Shown: positions 1-10,223 of the stretch, one piece after another | Layout: every line of letters starts with the position of its first letter | How positions within the stretch are numbered: the stretch's first letter is position 1 | Origin: Eledone cirrhosa | Taxonomy: Eukaryota | DNA: 64,000 nt | Reading direction: 5' to 3' | Assembly: GCA_964016885.1 (NCBI GenBank) | Contig: OZ024741.1 | Coordinates: forward strand, 72,044,001 to 72,108,000 | Notes under the pieces: generated by a model | Database searches by the model: none | What the model was told of the DNA's origin: nothing | What the model saw: the letters and a program-made list of their open reading frames with translations, nothing else | Translations under genes and position numbers: made by a program

Positions 1-228
1 CAGACTGAACAGGAAGCTGCATGGAGTTAGAAGAGTTGAGGCAGTGGTGGTGGTGGTGTTGAAAAGGGTTGAGAAAGAAGAGAAGGGGAGAACCCACTAT
101 CAGACTTTCAGATTGAAATATAGAGAGGACCTTATGAGAGTGAGAGAATAGGGATAAAGGTAAGTAGTAAGGAGGAGGGTAGGAGAAAGATATCTCACAC
201 ACACTGAGTATGAGTGTGTTTGTGTAGA

Positions 229-298
229 TTGTCTGTCTGTCTCTCTCTCTCTATATATATGTGTATGTAAGTATGTAAGTATGTATATATATATATAT
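229..298. repeat. Compound microsatellite (GTCT)/(CT)n/(TA)n/(GTAT)n
   Basis: Directly visible simple repeats. Confidence 0.9.
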
Positions 299-413
299 TA
301 ATAAGAGGAATTCCAACCTTGTCTGATTTACTCGTTTTATTTACAATCCTTTAAAATTTATAATGGTATTATAATGAAATAGTATGATAGAATATTAAAT
401 TCTAAGTGTTAAT

Positions 414-452
414 TGAACAAGTACTTTCATGCTTTCGCAATCTTCAGGTTCA
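414..452 (-). ncRNA. Minimal type I hammerhead ribozyme motif (mirror copy in left arm)
   Basis: Exact reverse complement of 549-587. Confidence 0.65.
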
Positions 453-548
453 TAATATGTGGTGACAGTCAAGTTTGCAATTTTCAACTTTCAACCAAGA
501 GATGTTTGGACAGTTGAAAATTGCAAACTTGACTGTCACCACATATTA

Positions 549-587
549 TGAACCTGAAGATTGCGAAAGCATGAAAGTACTTGTTCA
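549..587 (+). ncRNA. Minimal type I hammerhead ribozyme motif
   Basis: TGAAC (stem I) - CTGAAGA (core) - T-TGC-GAAA-GCA-T (stem II, GNRA loop) - GAAA - GTAC (palindromic minimal stem III) - TT (predicted cleavage after 582) - GTTCA (stem I'). The first stem II position is a non-canonical U-U. Confidence 0.65.
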
Positions 588-944
588 ATTAACACTTAGA
601 ATTTAATATTCTATCATACTATTTCATTATAATACCATTATAAATTTGAAAGGATTGTAAATAAAACGAGTAAATCAGACAAAGTTGGAATTCCTCTTAT
701 TAATATAATCTTCTATACACAATCATACACACCCGTGTATATCTATCTATCTATCTATCTTTGGCGGTACTCAGTAATAGAGAAGACCCGCCTTACCTAA
801 ATACAAAGTAAAACCTACTACAGTCAGTAGGCATCTCTAACAAAATACACCCCCGTCCCACCACCCCCACCTCATCCACACCGCCCCTTTCAATGTAAAG
901 TTATGTTGGTGCCACAACATCCAGGCTGAAACAAATGAGATCGT

Positions 945-1183
945 GTAGGTGTCACGACAAAAAAACACACAGTTCACGCTGTAATGTGGCCGTGTAGGCA
1001 ACATGGTAAAAACCTCCCAGCCCCACACTGTAAATGTGGTTGGTGTTAGGAGGGGCATCCAGCTGTAGAAAACCAGCCAGACAGTCCTATGCGAGCAAGA
1101 CAATCACTCTTGCCTCAAGTGGGAAAACCCCCGTCCAAACCCATGCAAGCGTGGAACACGGACGTTAAATGATGATGATGATG

Positions 1184-1185
<2 letters not shown>
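945..1185 (+). mobile_element. SINE/RTE-type retroposon 3' portion ending in (ATG)n tail
   Basis: GGTTGGTGTTAGGAGGGGCATCCAGCTGTAGAAA motif; ends GGACGTTAAATGATGATGATG. A homologous inverted copy lies at 1693-1856. The 5' boundary is approximate. Confidence 0.75.

Positions 1186-1225
<40 letters not shown>
1184..1225. repeat. (TA)n(GA)n microsatellite
   Basis: Directly visible. Confidence 0.95.
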
Positions 1226-1618
1226 GGGAGGTGAGACCTGTGTGTTTACATGAGTGTGTATATGTTCAGAATAGTATGTTTATGAGGGTGTGTATGGACT
1301 AGTGTGGAAATCAGATTTAGAGATGATAACAAATTCAGAGTTAGTTATTTACCAAGAGATGTTTGGCTGAAGTGGACCCCTTTCCCCACTCTCTCTCTCT
1401 CATATTCACACATACATACACACATATGTATATTATAGCTAATATATTTACACTAATTCAAAGTAGGGTTTCATGTACTGAGGGAACAGCAATGGGAGTA
1501 AAGTATTCTTGAAAGGACTCCTGAATATTTCTCATTAGAAAAATGAAGGGTAGCGGATTGATCATGTGAAGTTGATGAGGCAGAGAGATGGTATATGATG
1601 TGTGCATGTATATATATA

Positions 1619-1861
1619 CAGGGTGTCCCAAAAAGGTGTATATATACACTTTTATGAGACTGGTGTTGAAGTGTGTATACATTTTTTGGGGACATCATCA
1701 TCATCATCATCATCGTTTAACGTCCATCTTCCACGCTAGCATGGGTTAGACAGGAGTTGTGCCACTTGAGGTCGGGTGACCGTGTCTTGCTCATATAGGA
1801 CTATCTGGCAGGCTTTCTACGGCTGGATGCCCTTCCTAACACCAACCACATTTACATACTG
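1619..1861. mobile_element. Tc1/mariner-like MITE (~80 bp) whose right TIR is interrupted by a SINE
   Basis: TA-CAGGGTGTCCCAAAAAGGTGTATATACACTT at left. Its imperfect reverse complement AAGTGTGTATACATTTTTTGGGGACA ends at ~1694. The residual CTG-TA follows the SINE at 1859-1863. Confidence 0.65.
1693..1856 (-). mobile_element. SINE/RTE-type retroposon 3' portion with (CAT)n tail, same family as 945-1185
   Basis: (CAT)n-CGTTTAACGTCC...TTTCTACGGCTGGATGCCCTTCCTAACACCAACCACATTTACA is a reverse-complement homologue of 1029-1185. Confidence 0.8.
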
Positions 1862-1935
1862 TATATATATAATGAAGGAACCAGGGGGACCATAACGCAC
1901 CAGAATACTCAATACTTAGGGTAGTAGAGTGGGTA

Positions 1936-2005
1936 ATAGGAAAATGTTCAAGACCCCATCAAAATTGCTTGAGCTTTGCCGTCGGGGTCTTGAACATTTT
2001 CCTAT
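1936..2005. repeat. Perfect 22-bp inverted repeat with 26-nt spacer inside a (TA)n-flanked insert (~1871-2005)
   Basis: ATAGGAAAATGTTCAAGACCCC (1936-1957) and GGGGTCTTGAACATTTTCCTAT (1984-2005). Confidence 0.85.
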
Positions 2006-3073
2006 ATATATATATATGCACACATGATTTTATTGATTCAGTTTGTTACAACATAGCTGATGTTTCAGCAAAGCTAGATGGTAGTTTGTTAAGTTTTGTT
2101 ATTCACACATTATGTATGTTGGCAATAATTTTACAAGAGTTTTCTGGATGCAATATATTGTGGCACCAACACAAGAAAGGTGTGTGTGTATATATATATA
2201 TATGTAGCGACCATGAAATGTAGTAAAATGGGATGTGGTTAAGTTGATGGTTGTTTGTAGCGCAGTTGAATGTTGTTGAAAAGATGTAGCGATAGATGAA
2301 ATGGCTTGTGTTTGTTGTTGTTGATTTGAGTGTGGCAGAGTTTGTAGTAGTGATTGTTGTTGACTTGCCAAGTGATTATACATAAGGTAAAAATTGTTCC
2401 ATATATAAGTGCTGTGGAGAAAATGCCGAGGAACGAACAAGTAAAACATAAAGAATTTTTATTAAGGAAATAGCTTACTTCACATCTATTGTTGATAAGA
2501 CAGGAAAACAACAAAGAACCGAGAGAATTGTGTGTTATGTTGGTTTGCGGCAATGTAGTAGTAATCTGACCAGATGCATGATCTAACCTTTATCGAAGTA
2601 GTCCAATCCTGTTGACTGGGTTGGAGTGTTTGGTTAAATATTACTTATCTCTAATTGCCAGAGCAACTCTCGTGTGATGGCTGCTTTGAAAGACAAGAAC
2701 AGAATGTCTTCGTTGTCCAAGAAACCAGGATGGAATGACTTAAAGAAAAACTTATCTCATTTGATCTCAAGTTGTCCAGTCCTTCTGACCACTGATGCCA
2801 ACCAGAGATAAAGATAAACAGTTTGGAGGTCAAGTTTTTGGTGGCCACTTAATAGACCGAATAAAACCCCGGATATATATATATACACATATAAATACAA
2901 AACAAGTTTCCTTACAGTTTTGTTCAACAGATTCACTCAAATTATTAGTGAACCAAAGTCTATAGCAGAAGATACTTATTGAAGGTACCAGGTAATGAAC
3001 CGGACCCAAAGAGAACCTTTTAACTATACATCCATGCCAGTGGTATGATGATGATGTGTGTATGTGTATATTG

Positions 3074-3350
3074 TGAAGGCACATGGCTTAGTTTGTTAGG
3101 GTGTTAGGCTCACAATTATTAGGTTCGATTCCTGTCAGCATATTGTGTCTGTCTTTGAGCTAGACACTTTATTTCATGTTGCTTCAGTTCAGTCAGCTGT
3201 TGTTTCTGTTCAAGGGGCCAGACATTTTACGTGGTTTTATGCTGAATCTCCCTAAGAACTACATTAACGGTGCATGTGCCTGTAGAATGCTCACTTACTT
3301 GCATGCTAAGTTGACGAGCAAGCTATTCCATTGTTTGAACTACTGAAACT
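3074..3350 (+). mobile_element. tRNA-derived SINE (diverged)
   Basis: A-box-like TGGCTTAGTTTG (~3084) and B-box GGTTCGATTCC (3122-3132), followed by the CTTTGAGCTAGACACTTTATTTCA central domain. A reverse-strand fragment of the same domain occurs at ~4048-4085. Confidence 0.7.
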
Positions 3351-3922
3351 CTTAAAACTGACAGTAGTCCAACACACACGCACACAAACAAGCATACATG
3401 TACACATATTACAGACAAAAAGTTGCATTAATTGTAAAAAAAAAAAGAATAATAAATAAAAAAAATAAAAATGAAAGAAAGACAACACTTTTGTGTGATT
3501 TATATATTAATTAGGAACAACATTTTACTGGTGTATTGATTAAATGTATAATACTTCTTAGAAAACTATATAGCCAAGTTGAAATATCCATACCTTTCTT
3601 CCCTTAAACATAGATACATATTTCATGTGAAACACTAACATTACATTAACAGTGGTCATTTACTTAACTCCTATTCATTATCTTCAATATGTCTGCTACC
3701 AATGGTAGCACTATTCCTTGATTAGTCTCTCAACACTGCTGCTAGCAATGCTTGGTGTAGTTACTACATTTATACACCCATTATCTGAATTGGAGAATCC
3801 TTGTGTTAATGAATGAACTCTTTCAAGTTATACAGCTACTGGCAACACCCTGTAGTGGGTCCAACAACAACAGGCTCTAATTGTAAATCTATAACATCCA
3901 CAACTAACTACTGGCAGCCACC

Positions 3923-4320
3923 TTAACCATTTCAATATTATATTCCTAATAAAAGACACTGTCTTTAGTTTTCAAATAATTTTGAAAAGAATTAAGAATT
4001 TGGAGGGATTTAGTAATACAATCAACTTTCCCTGATAAACTCATTTTTGTCACCTGAGTGAACTGGAGCAATGTGAAATGTTCCAGAATACAAAGCTGGT
4101 GTTTAGAACATAACTTAACAAAGCTTATATAAATTATGATTAAGGGTTTCAGATAAATACTTTACTTTAAATTGTTTGTTCCCATATTTCTAATGAAATA
4201 CACTGCCTATAGTTTTTAAATAATTTTGAAAATAATCGAGAACCTGGAGGGATTTAGCAACATAACTAATTTTCTCATTATGAAGCTGGTGGTTGGAGCA
4301 TAACTTAAGAAAGCTTCTTG
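3923..4320 (+). mobile_element. Degenerate, internally duplicated non-autonomous DNA element (TTAA-CCCT piggyBac-like family)
   Basis: Two copies of the ATATTTCTAATGAAA.ACACTGCCTATAGTTTT.AAATAATTTTGAAAATAAT module, shared with 8650-9030, 9342-9900, 13548-13800 and, in reverse, 6810-7200. Confidence 0.55.
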
Positions 4321-4657
4321 GTGAGTGGAATTGTGTTGACCAGGAACGTGTGATTGTACCAGTAATTCAATGGGCCAGTATTATGATGCAGTGTCATGCT
4401 AAATCTATGTAAGGATTAAATAAAATAAAACCCAATACAATGTGAAAAGTTCTGGATTATTTTCAAAAATATTTTGCTCTAGACAAAATAGTTTAAGGAA
4501 AGAATCACAAGATAGATTTCACAGATAAAGCCAACCAGCAAGATGCCCAGAGGTAGACCACAAACAAGATGGAGGGTACCCTTACAACTCCCTCAGAAAG
4601 AAGAAAACAAAATATCAGAAAAAAAAAAAAAAGAAACAACAAAATACTGACTACACA

Positions 4658-4800
4658 AGTATGACTGTGGTTAAGGAGTTTGCTTCACAACGACATGGTT
4701 TTGTGTTCACCTCCACAAATGTGGAATCTTGGGCGAGTGTTTTTTACTATAATCTTAGGTTAACTAATGCCTTGTGAGTGAAATTTGGTAGGCAGAAACC
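4658..4800 (+). mobile_element. tRNA-derived SINE, second family (diverged)
   Basis: CTGTGGTTAAGGAGTTTGCTTCACAAC...CTTGGGCGAGTGT...GCCTTGTGAGTGAAATTTGGTAGGCAGAAAC resembles an abundant octopus SINE (recognised from memory, not searched). Confidence 0.55.
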
Positions 4801-4824
4801 CATCCTGGTTCAACAAAAGAAATA

Positions 4825-4935
4825 TCGATAAGATAAGCACCAAACTTGAAAAAGTACTAGGATTTATATGGTTGATTAAATCAAGGCTGTGCCCCATCAT
4901 GGCTGCAGTTTAATGACTAAAACCAGTAAAAGAAA
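4825..4935 (+). mobile_element. SINE 3' fragment
   Basis: GATAAGATAAGCACCA...AAGGCTGTGCCCCATCATGGCTGCAGTTTAATGACTAAAACCAGTAAAAGA tail motif. Confidence 0.5.
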
Positions 4936-5126
4936 CATTAACAGGTAGGCACACAAGTTTTTTGGGAAAGTAAGACAGGTTGGATATGGGTGGAGTGTAT
5001 AGTTGATAGAAAACAGCTTGCTAGATGTTGATAGCTCAAGAATGGTTAAAAATTAATTCCTTGCTAATCTTCTAACACCCTCAAAATGGCTTTATTTATA
5101 TCCATGCCTGGAATAAGTGTTACATT

Positions 5127-5252
5127 CTAACTACTACTACTACCACCACCATCACCACTATTACTACTAATATTAAGACTTCCACCATTACTAAGATCTT
5201 CACCATCACTGCTACTACTACCTTTACCATCACCACTACTACTATTACTGCT
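5127..5252. repeat. (CTA)/(CCA) trinucleotide low-complexity tract
   Basis: Directly visible. Confidence 0.85.
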
Positions 5253-5577
5253 GGTGATAAGGATTTCTAATTCAGGCATAGGGTCAGCAATTTACAGAGT
5301 AGAGGAAAGCCTGATTAAATTGACTCTAGTATGTGATAGGACTGGGTCCACTATCATTGAAACATGAGAGAAATTTCCCCAAGATACCAAAATATATCTT
5401 TGTAGAAGGCCAGCTAAACCTGCTTAGGTGTTAGCAATAACAAGAACATCAACAACAAAAACAAGGTGAATGGTATTTTATTTTATTAACCCCTCTCCTG
5501 AACACAGGTCTTGAACTCAAGAGATAAAGAGCCCAAGCAAATTACCACATAACAACACAACCACAACAATAATAATT

Positions 5578-6170
5578 GATTTTAAATTTAGGCCCAAGGC
5601 CAGCAGTTTGCAGGGTGGGAGGGCAAGTTTGATTAACATTTTTGATACTAACCAGCTCAAAACCAGATCTGGATCTATGAAACAAAATCACCCATTTTAA
5701 ATCATATTTAAATTAAATTCTATCAATATTTTTTATATATGAACCAGTAATGAAATAATAATATTATTAAATATCTCAAAATCCTTCATTACCCCTTTTG
5801 ATACTAGCCAGGCCAAAACTAGCTCTGGTTTTATGAAACAAAACCACCCATTTTAAAAGTCTCCTATTTAAATTAAAAACTTCCAACACAATTTTACATA
5901 TGAACCAAATGTTAAGTTACTATCTTAGTAATGCAATAATTAATGATTTAATAAATCATTGAAAATTCTTCATTAATCAATTGAAATATTTCATTAGAAA
6001 TACATTCAGTACTTGATTGGTACTTTATTGTATTTCTTCACTCACTCCCTGGGAAAGAATGAAAGGCAAAGTTGATCTTGGTGGGATTTGAAATTGGGAC
6101 ATAGATATGCTGGAGCAAATATCACATGTCATTTTGTTGGATACTCTACCGATTCTGCCAATTCACTACA
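5578..6170 (-). mobile_element. SINE split by a ~370-bp piggyBac-like MITE insertion (~5633-6005)
   Basis: Tail TTTAGGCCCAAGGCCAGCAGTTTG at ~5587-5610. Body CAGTACTTGATTGGTACTTTATT...GAATGAAAGGCAAAGTTGATCTTGGTGGGATTTGAA resumes at ~6007. These parts are contiguous in the copy at 12930-13080. Confidence 0.65.
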
Positions 6171-6391
6171 CTTAAGAGAATAATTCAACAAAAACAAATC
6201 GTTTCTTTTTTCAATTACTGAAACTACTTCCTAAACTAATCTCTTGTGTGGAAACCAGGTTTAAACCATTTTAACAAAGTCACTCACACAACTGACACCT
6301 ATCTCTGCCTGTTTGTCTTGCTTTCTGTCTGTACAATATTAGACAAGCAGGATTTTAAATGGTTTGAAAGAATGGTATGTTGACAATTAGA

Positions 6392-6660
6392 AGCAGCAGT
6401 AGTAGTAGTACTGATGGTGGTGGGAGTAGCAATGGTGGTGGGAGTAGCGATGGTGGTGGTGGTAGTAGTAATAGTACTGATAGTGGTGGTTATTGGTAAT
6501 AGTTGTAGAAGTAGTAGTAGCAATAGTGATGATGGTGTATTTGTTAGTAATAAATGTAGTAGCAGTAGTTAAGTTAGTGGTTGTGATGGTTATGACTGTG
6601 CTAGTAATAGCTTTAGTAATAGAGGTAATAGTTGTGGTGCTGGTGGTTGCTACTATTGTT
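6392..6660. repeat. (GTA)/(GTG) trinucleotide low-complexity tract
   Basis: Directly visible; explains the V-rich and T-rich ORFs. Confidence 0.85.
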
Positions 6661-6809
6661 ACAGTTCACACCTATGTAGGTTTAGCTGGCCATCTATGAG
6701 GTGGCATTTCATAAGTTACTTGGGTGTTGGTGCCTGTAGTAAGGTAGTAGTAGTGTCTTTGCTGCTAGTACAAAGTTAGGTGTCTCAGTGGGGGTCTAGA
6801 ACAAGGAAT

Positions 6810-7201
6810 TTAGCCCTTTTGATGCCAGAAGCCTCCCTTGGTTTTATTATACAAGAGTGTTTGTTTTAAAATGTTTCCATTTATCTAAAAAAACTTCCAA
6901 CATAATTTATTTAAGAAGCTTTGCTGTGTTATGTTTCAAACACCAGCTTAATAGTGAGAAAGTTATATTACTAAATTCCTTCAAATTCTTGATTTTCAAA
7001 ATTATTTGAAAATCTGTTAACCAAAGGGTTCATAATTTTAATTAAGAACCTTTGTCATGTTATGTTCCAAACATCAATTTAATAATGAGAATGTCAGTTC
7101 CATTAATTACTATACCCCTTCAAATATGTGATTACTTTCAAAGTTTGTTTAAAATAATAGGCAGTGTCTTCCATTAGAAATATGGTAATGGAAGGGTTTA
7201 A
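6810..7201 (-). mobile_element. piggyBac-like MITE, both ends recognisable
   Basis: Begins TTAG-CCCTTTTGATGCC and ends TATGGTAATGGAAGGG-TTTAA; internal modules shared with other copies. Confidence 0.6.
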
Positions 7202-7555
7202 TAACAAGAAGAATCTGACAAGATTTCTTCTTTTGTTGACTTTAGTAGAGTTAGAGAAGTATTCAGAACTGATGGCAGTCTTGTTAGAGAATTACTTGGA
7301 TCAAGGAATTATGAAGAATGTCAAACAGGGATTATTTTAACATGCATCTGACCCCTCCTTGTGTAGGTCTAAATAAATCTAATCCTATGTTTATATTTTG
7401 TATAAAATATAGCATTCACTTACATAGTAAATGATGGTTAACAGATTTAAAGTACTCATAAAATGTTTAAAATAACCATTGCAAATGTATCTCAGACTCA
7501 ACATTGGGTAATGGCACATGCCTCAAAGATTTGTGTAATTCTAAAATCTTTTTTG

Positions 7556-7826
7556 CCCATTTATTCCTGAGAGGGTCATGGGGACAGAGTCCTAAAACAC
7601 TCCTTCCAGTGGGTCCTGTCAGAAGTAACTGTCTCCAACTGATCTGGCTGGATTCCCAAGCATGACCATCCAAGCTCATAGATGTTATCCAACCATCTTG
7701 CTCGGGGTCTATCCCTGGGTCTCCTACTGGTTAGTTTTGCCTGTAAAATCTGTCCAGCGATTCTTTCCTGAGACATTCTAACCCCATGCACACAGTATCA
7801 GAGCTGTGATCTCTCAATTCGGAGAA
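7556..7826 (-). mobile_element. RTE-clade LINE 3' fragment (degenerate ORF C-terminus)
   Basis: Translates LRIERSQL*YCVHGVRMSQERIAGQILQAKLTSRRPRDRPRARWLDNI...DRTHWK. This matches the RTE/Expander C-terminal pattern (LRW.GHV.RM...G.RPRGRPR.RW.D...DR..W). In-frame stops; 5' truncated. Confidence 0.85.
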
Positions 7827-8299
7827 ATGTTAAAATAAATCCTGAGACACAACTATACTAAACAACAACATATAGAAAGAAAACATAAAAAAATACATTA
7901 TTAAGCACCAATTTCTTGCAAAAGAGCAAACAGGAAGGAAGGGGAGAGGAAGGGGATATGAAAAAAAAAATGACTAGGACCCCTCCCCCAGAGAACTGTG
8001 TCCAAGATTAACATAAAATTGCAAATAATTGTGTTGAGTGGCACAATAATTGGTTTTACAGAGATGTTTAGGTTTAAGGTGATATTTGCCTGTCATCCTA
8101 ATGGAGGGGAGTAAAACAATGAAGAAAAGTTTGCTAATTTAAATCCTATTATTGATTATTGATACCTTGTACTGAGCTGTGCTCCTCCTCCTGATAAAAA
8201 AAAAAACATATAAATTAAAACAAAAACATTTATTTCTCAATGGCTCAGTCAATCTAGCTGCCAAATGGGTGAGAATGTATGGTGTGTGTGTGTGTGAGG

Positions 8300-8600
8300 G
8301 TGTGATTTAGCTCCAGGTAGAGCTCAGTGAAGCTACCAGTTAAATGGATACCAAGTGTTTGTGTGCGTATGGTGGTTATTTAGCCCCAGGTACAACCCAG
8401 TCAAATGGACCGCAAGTTATTATTTAGCCCCATGTTAATCCTGACTGAGCAAGACTCTATGATCAAGCACACAACAATCATCACTTTGCTTTAGCCATTA
8501 CCACCAAAGCCATGCTGGAACATTGTGTTCATATATATGTATGTGTGTGTGAGTAAGGTTGTTATTTAGCCCCAAGGCAACCTTGACTGAGCAAGGGACA
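8300..8600 (+). repeat. Four degenerate copies of a TTATTTAGCCCCAGGT...CTGACTGAGCAAG dispersed-repeat head
   Basis: Copies at ~8305, 8376, 8420 and 8561; related sequence at ~13460-13525. Confidence 0.6.
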
Positions 8601-8649
8601 CAACATAAACAACAACTAGCACTAAGAGAGTCTATCTGAAAATATGTTG

Positions 8650-9032
8650 CACACCCTAAGGCACTGCCTATGATTTTAAGATAATTTTGAAAATAATCAA
8701 GAATTTGAATGGATTTAGTATTATAACTTTTTCATTATCAAAATGATGTTTGGAACAAAAATTAACAAAGCTTTTTACATAAAAAATATGCTGGAAGGAT
8801 TTTAGATGCATATAAACACTTTAACATATTTCTAATAAAAGACTGCCTATGATTTCCAAACAATTTTGAAAATTTTCAAGTATTTCATTATTAAGCTGGT
8901 ATTTGGAGCATAATTTAATAAAAGCTCTTACATAAAATAAAGGTTTTTAGATAACTATAAATATTATGAAACAAATAGCTTTGTTTCATAGAATGAGGCT
9001 GGGGTCAGGGTGATTGGTATCAAAATGGTTAA
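8650..9032 (+). mobile_element. piggyBac-like MITE with internal duplication
   Basis: Two CACTGCCTATGATTT modules; right end GATTGGTATCAAAATGG-TTAA. Confidence 0.6.
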
Positions 9033-9341
9033 AGAGCAGTGAGAACGGTTGAATCCTCTTCCCTATTTTGTTGGAAAAGGGGAGACCTGATTTCTATTTC
9101 TTAGAATAAGCAAGGAGCCTAGGAAGTTCTATCAAGTCAATTATCCAGAATTAGACAGTTCCTAACAAATATTTGGCTTTAACATGGCCACAGTCTACTG
9201 GTTAGGAATCAATTAGAAGTTTTATACCAAAGTAAAATGAAGCTAACAATGAAAATCAATGTGTGATCATCTGAACTGCTAGAAATAGCAGCAAAATCTC
9301 CCTTAAATCATCTGCCACCTCAAATGACGGGATGGTCATAG

Positions 9342-9900
9342 TTAACCCTTTTGTTACCATATTTTTAATGAAAGACACTGCTTATAGTTTTCAAATAATA
9401 TTGAAAATAACCAAGAATTTAATATAACTTTCTCATGTTTTAATTTTTTTAGATAAATATAAGCACTTTAAAACAAACAGTTTTGTATTGTAAAACCAGG
9501 GTGTGGTTTTTGATGGTTTGGTATCAAAAGATTTGTTACCAAATTTTAAATAAAGACACTGCCTAAGATTTTCAGATAATTTTGAAATTAAACAGGTAGT
9601 TGGTGGATTTCTTACTTTCTCAATATTAAGCTGGTATTTTGAATATAACAAAGGTTCTTACATAAAATTACGATGGAAGATTTTTTAGATAAATAATGAC
9701 ATACTAAAACAGTTTTCTATTGTAGAACCAAGGATCGTTTCATGCAGTTTGGTATCAAAAAGTTAGGCTGGTGTTTGGAGGATAATTTAACAAAAGTTCT
9801 TACATAAAAATGGAAGGTTTTTAGATAAATATAAAAAAAGTTAAACAAACAGCTTTGTATTGTAGAATCTGGGGTGGTTTCATGGTGATTGGTATCAAAA
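9342..9900 (+). mobile_element. piggyBac-like MITE cluster (tandem partial copies)
   Basis: Left end TTAA-CCCTTTTGTTACCATAT; three TTGGTATCAAAA right-end modules at ~9517, 9749 and 9889. Confidence 0.65.
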
Positions 9901-10223
9901 GCCATCCTTACCATTAAAGGGATAAAATAAAATAATGTTTTACAGTATTTAGTTCTCAGGCCAGCGGCTTTGGTCACACTTGGAGATCCAGCCAGATCAA
10001 TTGGAGACGGTTGCTTCTGACAGGACCTGCTGGAAGGAGTGTTTGAGGACTCTGCCCTCAAGACCCTCTCAGGATTAAGTGAACATTTAGTTAGTCTGCT
10101 GACTTTCTGAATTCAAATCTCTCTGAGTGTAATAACATAATTACCAACTATGTAACCTGGGTGTCCATGTAATTCATTATTCTCTTTTTCTCTGTCAAAA
10201 TGTGTGTTCATGTACCTAATTAC

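Larger units (their letters stand above)
294..740. mobile_element. Penelope-like element (PLE) remnant: inverted pseudo-LTR pair forming a 414-bp palindrome, plus a ~30-nt one-sided tail, between (TA)n and (CTAT)n microsatellites
   Basis: Arms 294-489 and 512-707 are reverse complements at 194/196 positions (mismatches at 318 and 353) around a 22-nt spacer. Each arm carries a minimal hammerhead motif. Unpaired extension 708-~740. Inverted pLTR plus short tail plus hammerhead is the known PLE architecture. Confidence 0.7.

Noticed and set aside
3074-3140. tRNA gene
   Set aside because: A/B boxes are present but there is no complete cloverleaf, and the sequence continues into a SINE body.
5127-6660. 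Inverted repeat between (CTA/CCA)n and (GTA/GTG)n tracts
   Set aside because: Complementarity is only that of common low-complexity trinucleotide repeats; no specific alignment.
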